Below, one piece after another: positions 50,357-61,730 of a DNA stretch of 64,000 nucleotides. This DNA comes from Podarcis erhardii (Eukaryota). The notes beneath the pieces are model-generated. The model saw nothing but the letters and a program-made list of their open reading frames with translations. It was not told the DNA's origin and made no database searches. Every line of letters begins with the position of its first letter. Within the stretch, counting starts at the first letter, position 1. Location of the stretch: the NCBI GenBank assembly GCA_964252035.1, contig OZ176201.1; one strand, given 5' to 3'. The position numbers and the translations under genes were made by a program.

Positions 50357-52061
50357 ATTTTTGATTCTTAAGGGAGAACTGCCGTGATTAAAAATAAAAA
50401 TCTAACTAAATATGAGGAAGATTAAAAGAGGGGAGGGGTGGTGGAGGTAGAGGAGAAACATCTCATTCATTTCGAAAATAGCCACCATTAAAGAAAACGT
50501 TTTTAATGCCAGAAGAGAACTCTCTATCTTAGAAGGAGGGAAGCTATTAATAGCTTAATTAGCTCCAAGGGGCTGCCACTATAGTTAATGTATAAAAGGG
50601 GGCATCCCCCCACCGCCCCTCGCCACCATCTTGATCATCAATAAACACAGTAGCATAATAAGCGGGACGAAGTCTCCTTCAGTGGAGCTATTATCAAAAC
50701 ACAATTTGAAATTATTTTTATCGTTCTGTTCCGCTTATGGGGTTGTGGACAGAGGAGACCCATGCAGGCGGCGCGGCTGGACTAGGAACGCGAGAGGTAC
50801 CGCGCAATTCTACACAGGTCTACTCTGAAGTAAGCCCCCCTGCTAAACCCCAGCATGCAAAGGAGTATAGGGTTGCAGCTGTAGCCTCTGAAAAGGTTGC
50901 ATTTTTATAATACCCTAACATGACAAATCATTCCTCACTTTATGGAGTATTGGATTAACTCGAGGTGGGTTTCTCCCCCCCTTTTTTTGGTGTTTTGCAG
51001 CCCAATCATAGGCGTTGTTTACTTGAAAGTATTCCCACTAGGTACACTGGGCATCCTTAGAAGCGCGCGTGTGGGCACCGCCTGCCATTGGAAAAGCCTT
51101 GGGAGTAGATGTCTACAAAATTCCATCCTCAGCTCGACTTTCCCCCAGAAGAGCATTCGAGTAAAGCACCAATATATTTCCCACCCGCCAAGCACGGGGG
51201 ACAGCCAGCTGAACCTCGAAGTTTCAAATATTGGACACCCCTATTATTATCGAGATAGATACGCTGCAAACCTCTATCTAGGTACTGAACTTTTTTCCGC
51301 CCAGTGTGCCCTGAAAATAAACCCTGGCAAACATAAAACACTGGCTCGCCATTCTCCATCAGAATGGTTACGGTTGATTTAAGGTGAATGCCACATCCAC
51401 TTAAGCTTTTACTCCAGAGAATGAAAAATCCCAACACACTAAACCGAGATATATATAGGACAGTGACTTTGCTTCCTGGAATGCTCTCTTGCTGAGGACC
51501 GGGTTACCGACCAAACAAAGCCAAGGCCAAGGCAATGGAGACCCTCCCTCACTCTGCCCCACACAAAAGAGGGAACCCTGTTGCTTAGAGGGGAAACCCT
51601 ACCTGTGAATGCTCACACACGCGTAATAAGAGCGAGAGTGTCGGGCTCAAGACTCACATTCAGAACATACTCAACGACACTGACTGACAAATCTTGGTGA
51701 ACCATACATTAGAAAAGCCACGCTGATGGATGAAGGGGCGGGGGGGTTTCCTTTCTGCGTATTCACATTTGGTTCTTCCCTAACAGGTTCAGAAGTGGAA
51801 GAGAAGCATCCCACCCCCTCATACTCTCTCAATCACACACTTATAACGTAGACACGCCTGCTGTTGGCTGGCTTTCTTTATCTTTTTTAAGGATACTGAC
51901 TTTCGTTGGTTTGTTTTGTCTTAAAGGAAAATAATAATAATAATCTAAACTGGCTATTCAAACCAGATCAGGTACGAGTCCCGGTACCACCAGTTGTGAT
52001 GAAGAAGGCCGGAGAGTCTCTGTGGGGGTTTTTTTTACCCGATAGCGGACTTGTCTGAACT

Positions 52062-52300
52062 TTAAAAGAAGGAAAGGGCTTGCTCTCTCAGGAGGAGTCT
52101 TTTCTTTTTCATACGCCGGTTCTGGAACCAGATCTTCACCTGCTGGTCACTCAGGTTTAACCGATCTGAAAGCTCCCTCCTTCTTTGGCGAGTAATGAAT
52201 TCATTGACCATAAACTCCCCTTCCAGCTCCGCTAGCTGTAGTTTAGAATAGGGTTTTCGCTTTTTCCGGGACCTTGTGTGCATCGGGTACCAGGGAGCAC
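52062..52300 (-). CDS. HOXC12: Homeobox protein Hox-C12, exon 2 (homeodomain)
   Basis: Acceptor TTCTTAG|GT GCT CCC TGG. Encodes [79 protein letters not shown]. Confidence 0.97.
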
Positions 52301-52666
52301 CTAAGAACAGCGTGATGGAAAGGAGATTTAAACACATGGAGGGGAAGAGAGATAGAGAAAGAAAGAAACGAAAAGAAAAAGGGGAGCGGGTAACGCTTTA
52401 AAAAAGGGAATGCTTCCCCCCTCCCTTTTTGACCCACACACGGCTCGTTATTTAATAATATGAGATACACGTTTCTAATGCGCAATCCAGTAAAGATGCT
52501 TTAACTTCGAGAGAAAGGAGGATGGGTGGGAAGAAGAGCTTTACATCTTCGTTTTAGATTCCAAGCTCCTGGGCTTCTGTGTCACCACGCATACCACATA
52601 AGTCATACATTGCAGGTTTTCGGAACTATTAGGATTTAAGGAGAGACCTTAAAAAAACTAGTTAGG

Positions 52667-52668
<2 letters not shown>

Positions 52669-52718
<50 letters not shown>
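52669..52718. repeat. (TC)n(CA)n microsatellite in the HOXC12 intron
   Basis: Read directly from the sequence. Confidence 0.95.
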
Positions 52719-53534
52719 CCACACCCCGCTGGACTTTTATAACCGATGGCAACTTTTGCTTATTTATCTTACAGAAAAATAAGCAACCTAAGCTAGCTCT
52801 TACAGATCCCGAACAGCCAAAAGGTACCAGCACCACCAGCTAGAATGAATGCTAGAGTGTCTCTGTGGTTACCGTGTAAGACCTCAAGGCACCAGATGGG
52901 CTGGCATGCCTTAGGTGTCCGGTTTAGGAGATGTCAGATCTGAAGTTTAAGGACGAGGAAGCCTCTGTCTTCAGAGTCCCAAAGCCAGATTCTGCAGAGG
53001 GAGTGAAACATCTCCAGCAGCCAGGGACGCTTCACAGGAGACGAGAACCAACTGGTCCTTGTTCCTGGAAGTGTTTGCTCACCAGAGGATCAGGCACATA
53101 ACGGGAAGCTTTATGAGACAGAGTTTGTTTGGGTTGGGTTTGTTTTTGGTTTTTTTTTTTTTGTATTTTGGCAAATGGTGTCTCAGCATTGCGTGGAGAT
53201 ATATACTTTTCTTTATAGAACCTTCCCGGTTTTGTATGGGGATGGGCTGGGATGGCGGGAAGGCGAGAATTGGGTTTTGAAAACCAGGGTGTTTGTTTCC
53301 CTTTTTTTAATGCAGAGCTTGGCACCATCCTTAAAATGGGTTTTTACCCAGGGTGGCTAATCTCACCGGGGACAGAAAACCCGTGGAAGTTTAGCCCTGC
53401 AGTCAGACTTCTACCAAATCTTCCAAATACAATCACACACCCTTCTACATTTCATTTCTGTTGCAAAAGCTTCACGCACCCAGTGGGAAATTGTCCTGCA
53501 TGTAGCGTGCCTGTTCGGATTCGGGAGGAGGGTG

Positions 53535-53567
<33 letters not shown>

Positions 53568-53919
53568 GCATGGAAATCTGTCTATCTGGGCCATCGCGAT
53601 CTCTTTTATGGGATATTTACATGTTTATAGGCTTTTCTTTTAAAAGAAGCAGCACCTAATAAAGCACGAGGCATTTGAGTGCTACCCCTAGTGGCCTCGG
53701 CACAAATAGACATGCTTCAGTCCCAGCTGCTAATTTCATGGAATTTATAACAGCAAGAGTCGCGAGCAGACTTTTTCAAGCGAAAGAGCGCGCGCGCGTA
53801 AGAGAGAGAAATAGAGAGAGAGAACACAAAATAGGAATAAAATAAAGAAGAGGCATTGCATAAATTCGCTTTTCTTATTCGTATATATATATACATATTT
53901 CCTGGTCGCACGTTCTTAC

Positions 53920-54484
53920 CCCCAGCGGAAAGATTGCTTCCTTGGTTGATAGGGGAAACCATTGTGGACGGCTCGCTGGTGGCGCCCTTATTGCCTTCAT
54001 TGAGTAAGGAGGAGCTGGAGTCTGACTCCAAAGACTGACAAGAGGGGGGATCGTGGGGCACCGCCTCGGGAGCCGGATAGTCAAATTTGCCGAAACTGCC
54101 GCTCATTCCATTGGGGATCCCCGATTCGAGAGGCATCAAGGCATTGTCCCTAACCCTCTCTTCCCTTTTGAGGGGAGCGTTCTCGGAGCACGCCTCCCTA
54201 TAGTAGCACTTGCTCTCTTCCACTCTAGCTAGGTCGCAGGCTCGGCTGAAGGAAGGGTTAATAGACACGGGGCTGCTGAGATAGGGCTGGGGGTATCCGT
54301 TGCAGGGTTCTGAGGATGCCCAGGGCAGAGAACAGACATTGTCCCTTCTTGGGTAGGAGAGAGACGGCAAGCCGGGCAGCTGTCCTCCGGAGGCTCGGAA
54401 ATTGGGGAAATAGAAGGTGTCTCCCGTATGGATGTTCACCAACGGTCCCACAAACCCAGGATTAAGGAGATTATGTTCGCCCAT
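53920..54484 (-). CDS. HOXC12: Homeobox protein Hox-C12, exon 1
   Basis: [33 protein letters not shown]...[24 protein letters not shown] matches HOXC12. ATG at 54484 and donor GGG G|GTAAGA at 53919. 565 + 239 = 804 nt = 267 aa + stop. Confidence 0.96.
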
Positions 54485-54554
54485 TTCCGCGGGCCTGACC
54501 AAGAGCTTCTAGTTTATTGCTATCTGACATTAAACATAGTTAAACCTAAAGGTC

Positions 54555-54590
54555 CACCCTATTGGTCCGCAGGGGTCACGTGGGCGCCAA
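54555..54590 (-). promoter_or_regulatory. HOXC12 proximal promoter module
   Basis: ATTGGTCC 54561-54568 and GTCACGTG 54575-54582, about 80-100 bp upstream of the ATG, the same pairing as at HOXC10. Confidence 0.65.
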
Positions 54591-57500
54591 CTTGCGTTGG
54601 AGAAAGGGTGCCACCCACCTTTAGCAATTTGAGACAAAACAAAACACTAAGTTCTGCCTTTCGGTTTTTTATATGCTTTTTTTAAAAAATCATAAAACAT
54701 TTTATAAAATAAAACAACGGGCTTTAAGCACTGGCCTGAGAAACCCAAAGCACTGTAAAAAAATAAAAAATATTATCCCCCCCCTTCACCTTAAAGAAAT
54801 GACACCCTTCTCCCCCAGCTGCTTTTAGGGTCCCTTCAACAGCTGGCAAAATTAAGCAATTTTCTCATTAATTAGCTCCTTTATTAACTAAAACAGTTGA
54901 AATTTACAATATCTCTCAATAAATTACTATTAGATATTGTGTCATATAAAGTTTACAGGCTCTTTAAGGAGACGAATGAGTCTAACCGCAACAGGCTCAT
55001 ATTTACAGATGATAGGGCGAAAGAGTTTTTAAATCTCTTCAACATTTCCACCTTTAACAGGGCGGAGTGCGGGGGGGCTTCTGCCTCTGCGCCGCCTCCC
55101 CCCCCCAATTCTGTTTATTTATTTATTTTTTAAAAGCAATCAAACAGCCTAGTTAGGGTGAATTTGTGTGTGTGTTTTTTTCTGGGGGGTTGGTGGGTGT
55201 GCAAACATTGCCACGGCCAATTTCTGAGGGCTTTAAAAAAGGAATGATCACCCTTATGAAAATTAGATACATTAAAACAAAGGGAACTGGCGGGGGGGGC
55301 GTCGTTTTATCCGCTCCGCTCACCTGAAATAACAGTGAGGAGGACGCGTTAGCGGACCTTCAATTAGTACCCACTCAAAGTGGGACGAATCGGTCCTTTC
55401 TAAAGCTCTGAGCTAGAGGAAGGAGGGAGGGGACCCCGAAAATAAGAGCTGGTTCTGTCTAGGAGAGAGACTGCTGGGGGCGTCCTCTTCAGAAATCCGA
55501 TATACTGTGTCAGAGAGATCTCGCTTTGAGAAAGGAACCTTAAAAGGCAATCCCGATTTAGGAATGATCAAAACTAAGCTTCGTGGAGAACAAAGGGGAG
55601 AGAGGTCATCTTATAGGAAAGGGGGGTATATATATATTTATGGGGACTGCATCCCACGCCGCCGCCACCCCCCTAAAAAAGAAGAAGATCGGAGGAATTT
55701 TCTTTGCTACCAACTTCCAAGACTACAGAATTCGACGACAAATTACCGTAAATACTCATGTATACGTAAAAACTGATTTGTCGGAGGTCTTGTCGAAGGC
55801 ACCGAACCCTCGACACCCTACCCCGTATAAGCAAACCAACATGAGGAATGGACGGCTACATACCTTTATTTTTATTTTTATTTAAACAATAGCAACCTAC
55901 CCCCTATATTGATGCGCAAAACCCCGGTGTTATAGAAATCCCTCGGAATACATTACCCGGGACTTCCTTTACATTAATGGCTACTCCCCCTTCTCCCGAC
56001 ACGCTCCGTACTTTAGCTCTGCCAGCTATGTAGGAAGGGGGGAAATCACGTGTTAATCAAATAAACACTTTTCTTTCCTAGTTCTATTAAAGGGCCAGCT
56101 CCCTAATACCCCAAATTTCCCTTCCAACATGCTCCTCATACACCTATATGTAAGTGGGCATCCTTTTCGGGCAGATACGTACCTTAATGTGAGAGCTTTG
56201 TATCCGGCTAAACACTGTTAACCCGTCCTTACTTAAGGTTAGTACATTATTATTATTATTATGATTATTTTAAAAATTCAGGTGCAGTTCCTTGCACTTC
56301 TTTGATTTTAAATGGAGATAGTGCATATCTCTTGACGGAGTAAACCGTTTTACAGCCAGCAAGCGCATGATCGCCGCAGATCGAGTATAAATTTGGACCT
56401 CTTTTAGGGAAAAATAATAATCGTTCTTTGTTTTAATCATTCTACCTTACATTCTCCAGCAGTCTTCGTGGCTTTGTTCTCTTATCGACACCGGAACATT
56501 AACTTTAGCCTCGCGGAGACGTTTTAATCCTTCTTTCACTCGCTCTAACAGCGAGAGGAAGAGATAACAATAGTTGTAGAGGCACCGAGGTTTTCCATCC
56601 AAGAAGACCGTATCGTTTCTATATTATGAGATAACGCCCCACCCTCTCAAGAATAAAGAGAGCGAGAGAGAGAGAAACCCAGATTATTCTCGTTGGCAGC
56701 AGGTCTCGAACCATCTTAAAACCCAAGAATAAAAACCTGGTGGTATCTCTCGGTTTGGCTGCAATCGTGTCCACCGCGCGACCTTTTCAACTCTTGTTGA
56801 ATTCAGTGGGCTAGAAGCCGGTTGACTCTGTCAAGACCGCAGCCCATAACACCAGGAAAGCAGGTTCACAGGTACACAGCGTGACACGTTGATATATTTC
56901 TGGCCGGTTTAACAATGATAAAGCTTTATTAGTATTATTTTATTTGGAAACACCGCCCCTCCTCATTGCACTCTTTGCAGCGGTTCATACTGGAATAAAT
57001 GATGTCGGAGGTCCAAAGGAGGCAAGGGGGGGGGGGTGAGTCTCGGTGACGGTGTTTAAAGTCTCCGGGTTTCTGTGATAATCTATTTATTGCCAGTAAG
57101 GATGCCCATTTCGGTGGGAAAATAATGATGATGATAATAATCTGACGGTTATGATTGTCTTTTCTTTTCTTTTTTTAATCCACCCCGTTTACTTGCAGCA
57201 AGAGAATGTAATTACTTTACTGCGGACCTTAAAATAAAACATTCTAAAGACTCGACTAAGGCTTCTTCATGAATAATTTATATTACTAATTTAGAAGAGG
57301 AAGGGGGATATATTCTTTTGGAGGGAATATACATATCAGACTCTTTCTTGAGGGATTCAGGGATGCGTTTTTCCCCCCAGAGGGACCCAGTTCCATGCAT
57401 TTCTACGTTCACATCGGATTTCTTTTTTTAAAATTACTATCACATCAAATACCCTAGACCTCCCCCCCCCCCCGACATACAGACATTCAGCAACAGCAGT

Positions 57501-57936
57501 AGCTATCGAGGAAAAAAATTAATACTAACAGGCCTGAAATGAAGGCATAACGTTAGGGAGGAGAGAAATGTTTCGAAATTTTCCCCCATCGCCTGTCTTT
57601 GATCTAAAGGCATTTTGGATATTTCTGCAGAACCAGCGGAAAGCTCCTTTAATGATCCTTTGAAAATAGGGTGCTCACAGAAAGTCGAATCCGAGCCGAG
57701 ATGGCGCTTGAGCCAGTTCAAGGTCACTGTCTAGTGTATTAAATGGGCTCTACATCTTATGCAAATGACTGTCTTGAAAGAACACCAGCTCTTGCCAGAG
57801 GAGAGAGAAAGGGAGACAGAGAGAAAAAAGACCCTCACTGGGTGGGGGGACAGCTTGCTCTTCCCGGTCGACTCTTTCCAAAGCTTTGTTCCAATGTTAT
57901 CTTCAGCATTCTAAGATCTTCAATAAAGTATATATT

Positions 57937-57980
<44 letters not shown>
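57937..57980. repeat. (TC)12(AC)10 microsatellite
   Basis: Read directly from the sequence. Confidence 0.95.
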
Positions 57981-59654
57981 TGATTATACTTCCTATGCCC
58001 TCAACTTTTCACTTTCTTTATTTTTAGATTTCTGCTTCCAGCAGCTCTTTACCACTGCCTAAGCTTCTCCCGATTAAAACTCCCGCAAGTTCATATAGTA
58101 CCATCCCATACCTGATTCCCCAAAATGTTGTTTAAAATTACATTAAAAATGGACTTAGGAAGACCTGGCAGTTGTTGCAAGAAAATACAATTGAACTTAA
58201 CCTTCTAGCGGAAAATTCCTTTCCCCAGCATAAAAACTATACCGCCTTCTATTTCCCCGCTTCCTTTTTAACACCCAATTGACATAGTCTCAACTTTTCT
58301 TTTGTGACTATGTTACCAGGCAAAACCCAAACTCCGCCTTCAGTCCTAATTTAATTGAATAGCTTGATCACTAAAATTAAAATTAAAAAAAATAAACAAC
58401 ACCTCAAACCATCTACTGACATCGCATGCATTTCATTCCATCCTTGAAAATGTCCTTTTTGAGACTAACAGAATATATTTATTAAGAGTGGACCTTACAA
58501 GTGGTCTCTAAAGGTTGATAAGGACCACCAATGTATATGGAAATTATTCTGTTTTAGCTATCTGAGTGTGAAAGCTTGAACAGATCAAATTGGATAGTTC
58601 TTATGAAATGCAGACGGGGAGAAAAGATGGAAGGGAGTAACAGAATGAAATAGATACAGCAAAAGAAATGCAGAAAGAGTAAATCCTTTGGAAAGCATAT
58701 ATAAAATTAGATTTAAAAGCGTTTTGCATGGACTTTGAAATCAAATTAGAAGTTCCATCTATAGTCTCTCTCTGTGCATTGAAGAGTTAAATGCTTATGA
58801 TGCAGCTACATTTTCCCCAACACTGCCAGCAGAGGCTATCATTCTCCTGCTGGATTTATGTAAACAACTGCCTGCATCTTCAGTGAAGCAAAAGTATATC
58901 CCATAGAAAGCGAAGACAAAATAATTATAAGGGTTTCCTTTGTTTGGAGGGAAGTTTATCTACATCTGTATATCGTCCTGCCTTGCTATGCAATGTGCTT
59001 TTATGGAGCAGAGAAATCAATTCAATTCTAAATACATTGAAATAAATCTCCTTGCTCTCAATTGGGCTCACTTCCAAGCAGAAAACTTTGGATCTCAATA
59101 TCCAAAAGTTTTCTCAAACTTTTGTTAAAGGGTGACAAAATAAAGCAATCTAAGGCAACTCTCTCTCTCTTATTCTCTCTCTCTCTCATAGATCTATTGA
59201 TTTATGGAACATACTTCACTGGTATGGTGTGCATATCTCATCCTCTTTTATTAATAAAACAATTCTAAATGTAATTTCCTGGACTGAGGGTACGAAGGAA
59301 GGAACATGATGAAGAGTACAGCGATTTAGCAACTTACCTCAGCTTATAGCTTGGTGTGAGAGCAAGCTTCCCCCTCCCTCCGTACAAAACAGCAACTTTA
59401 AAAACTTTAAAAAACAACAACTTCAAGTGCAAGCGATACATGAGTAGGAAATGGGAAAATGGAGGAAAGAGGGGGCGCCTTTTACTATAAAAGCCCATAG
59501 TTAAGAAGCTACTCAAAGCACTTAATACAAAGGAAAGAAAAGGCTAAACCTGGGAAGCTTCCTTTTCATGCCTTTATTGTTGGTCATTAGGCCGTCTGTC
59601 TAGACTTGAAATGACACCTTGTTTATCTGTAAACAGAAGCAAGGGACACTTTGG

Positions 59655-59722
59655 AGAAGATCAGCCCCTGAGTTGCTGCTAGAAGATCAAGTCCTGAGTT
59701 GTTGCAGGAAGATCAAGGCTCT
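59655..59722. repeat. 26-bp period tandem repeat, about 2.5 degenerate copies
   Basis: AGAAGATCAGCCCCTGAGTTGCTGCT / AGAAGATCAAGTCCTGAGTTGTTGCA / GGAAGATCAAGGCTCT. Confidence 0.8.
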
Positions 59723-60710
59723 AGCCTTGTTGAGTATTATGCGCGAAGCTCGTGATGTCAAGGTCAAATAGGCCGCATAGTCACGGTCAAGGCTAGCCCA
59801 GCAGTGACGTTATAGCGTTCCCAACCAACACCAACGACCAACAAACTTACTCAGCACAAGGTGGACGGTGGACGGTCCCTGTGCATTCAGGGAGAAATGG
59901 GAAGGAGAGGGGAAACAAGACCATCTTCCATGTCTGTGAAATCCAATGACAACCCCGCCTCCTAACTCCCCACCCCCCAAAAGGTTGAGAATTCTGGGTG
60001 CAAATACATTAATTAGATTAGAATCAGGTTCCAGGCCCACAGCACTGGTCAATTGTACTGGTAGGTTTGTCGGAGACTAGGCTTCACTTTTTACAATATC
60101 TTTTCTCCTTCCTCTTCTTCCTCACCAATTCTGCCTCCCCAAAGATGGTGAAGGTTGTAGAGACACGAGTGCTTCTTTACGATCACAGGTGCCTGTTAAA
60201 GTTTAGAGAAGGGAGGAGAACAAGAGGAAGTAAACTTTATACAGCCGTGAGAAAAGGAATGGCGGAAACGGACCTAAGAGGGTACCATAACATGATGCAG
60301 AAATCTTTTGATTTCCTCGAACCCTGGTCTTTAAGGTATCTCTTTTATTAGGGGAAGGATAGAAGGGTGGATAGATGGAAAGAGACAAACAGAGACAGAC
60401 AAACATATATACCCATAGAGTGTGAGCGTGTGTGCCTGAGCAGACGCTTTATTCCATGCACTTTTAGTATTTTTATAAAGTTTCTTCATTTGTGTACATT
60501 GACTCTTTAGACGTCCATATTCCCTTGAAGTCAGCAGCCATGTGCCTGGTGCTGGTGATTCTGGGACGCACTTCAACGCCCTCAAAATGAATTGTTTCTG
60601 GCTTCATCCATTGATCACTTTCATACAACTCTTCTCCGGCTTGCGACACTTAGGATGCGGTAGGAAGTGAGGTGAGTTCTGGTACGATTCTGCAGCAACA
60701 CAATTCTGCA

Positions 60711-60766
60711 GCACCTTAAAAGACACTGTTGCTCAAGCCCTTCGTAGACTCCACTTCTGGAGATAC
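60711..60766 (+). mobile_element. Possible decayed Penelope-like element terminus
   Basis: GCACCTTAAAAGAC...CAAGCCCTTCGTAGACTCCACTTC resembles my recollection of the reptile Penelope terminal motif GCACCTTAAAGACTAAC...AAGCTTTCGTG...CCACTTC. The match is short and diverged. Confidence 0.3.
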
Positions 60767-61417
60767 TCTCAAGGGGTCACCTAAGTTGTTATATAGGTAA
60801 TAAACATGGGTATATAGAGGTGCCGAGCGAGTTTTACGAAGTGGGTCTCCCAAAGCTAAGAAAACTCGAGGCTAGTCCAAGACACAACACATTTCTATGC
60901 CGATCACAGATGTACATTTAAAAATACTGGGTGTGGGTGTTTAAGTTCAGTAAATATGGGGAGAGAGCGATATAGTAGTACACGAAGATCCGATTCCCAT
61001 ATAGGGGATACTATTGAATGGTATGGAAGATGCCAAGAGTCCTCTTCTGGCTGTAACATCTCGAGTTACTATGAACTCCGAAAGATCAATGAAGCCCCTT
61101 TCCAATTAGCCTGGATCGAACTGATAGAGATTCGGGTTTGAGTGAAGCAGGATGGAGAGAGTTGCCACCCCTCCAATTGCAGGGGGCTGGACCCAGGGAT
61201 GCTGCCCTGTGTCCTTCTCAACTTAACCCAAAGCAAAGTGCTCAACAAGATCTGAAGAGGAGCGACTGGATCTGCCAACCTGCTAGTGTGTGAAGTTGGT
61301 AGGAGTCGCACCCCGATCTTCAACATACTTAGGTGGAAGTAAGGCTGCTTTTAAATATATCCTCGAAGTTAACATTAAAGGAAGATACGTTAATCGAAAC
61401 CCACAGCATGCAAAGCC

Positions 61418-61509
61418 TAAGGCTGCAATCCTTTGCAAGGTTCGGAGTGAGCCACATGGAAATTCACTGGGGATTTGCTTCCGAGTAAGCACACACAGAA
61501 TTGGGTTGC
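61418..61509 (+). mobile_element. Palindromic repeat family A copy
   Basis: TAAGGCTGCAATCCTTTGCA...GGAGTGAGCC...GGATTTGCTTCCGAGTAAGCACACACAGAATTGGGTTG. Confidence 0.65.
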
Positions 61510-61660
61510 TTATTCCTTCAGTCAATGGGTCTGAACTCCCAGTTCATCATTCAAAAGATCATTTATTTTGGAAGGTTTTAGGGGACTAATTTCCCTTTAA
61601 ATAATTTGCAGAATGAAGTGGGCACCAGTTTTAAGAAGAAAACCCGAGTCTGCAGTGGTA

Positions 61661-61730
61661 GACACGCTTACCTAGGAGTGAGTCCCAGTGAACTCAGTGA
61701 GTCTTACTTCTGAGTAGACATGGATAAATC
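61661..61730 (+). mobile_element. Palindromic repeat family A copy
   Basis: CACGCTTACCTAGGAGTGAGTCCCAGTGAACTCAGTGAGTCTTACTTCTGAGTAGACATGGATA is the best-preserved core in the window. Confidence 0.7.

Noticed and set aside
54485-54502. ORF-track start for HOXC12 (MVRPAE...)
   Set aside because: It starts at TTG. The conserved protein begins MGEHNLL at the ATG at 54484.
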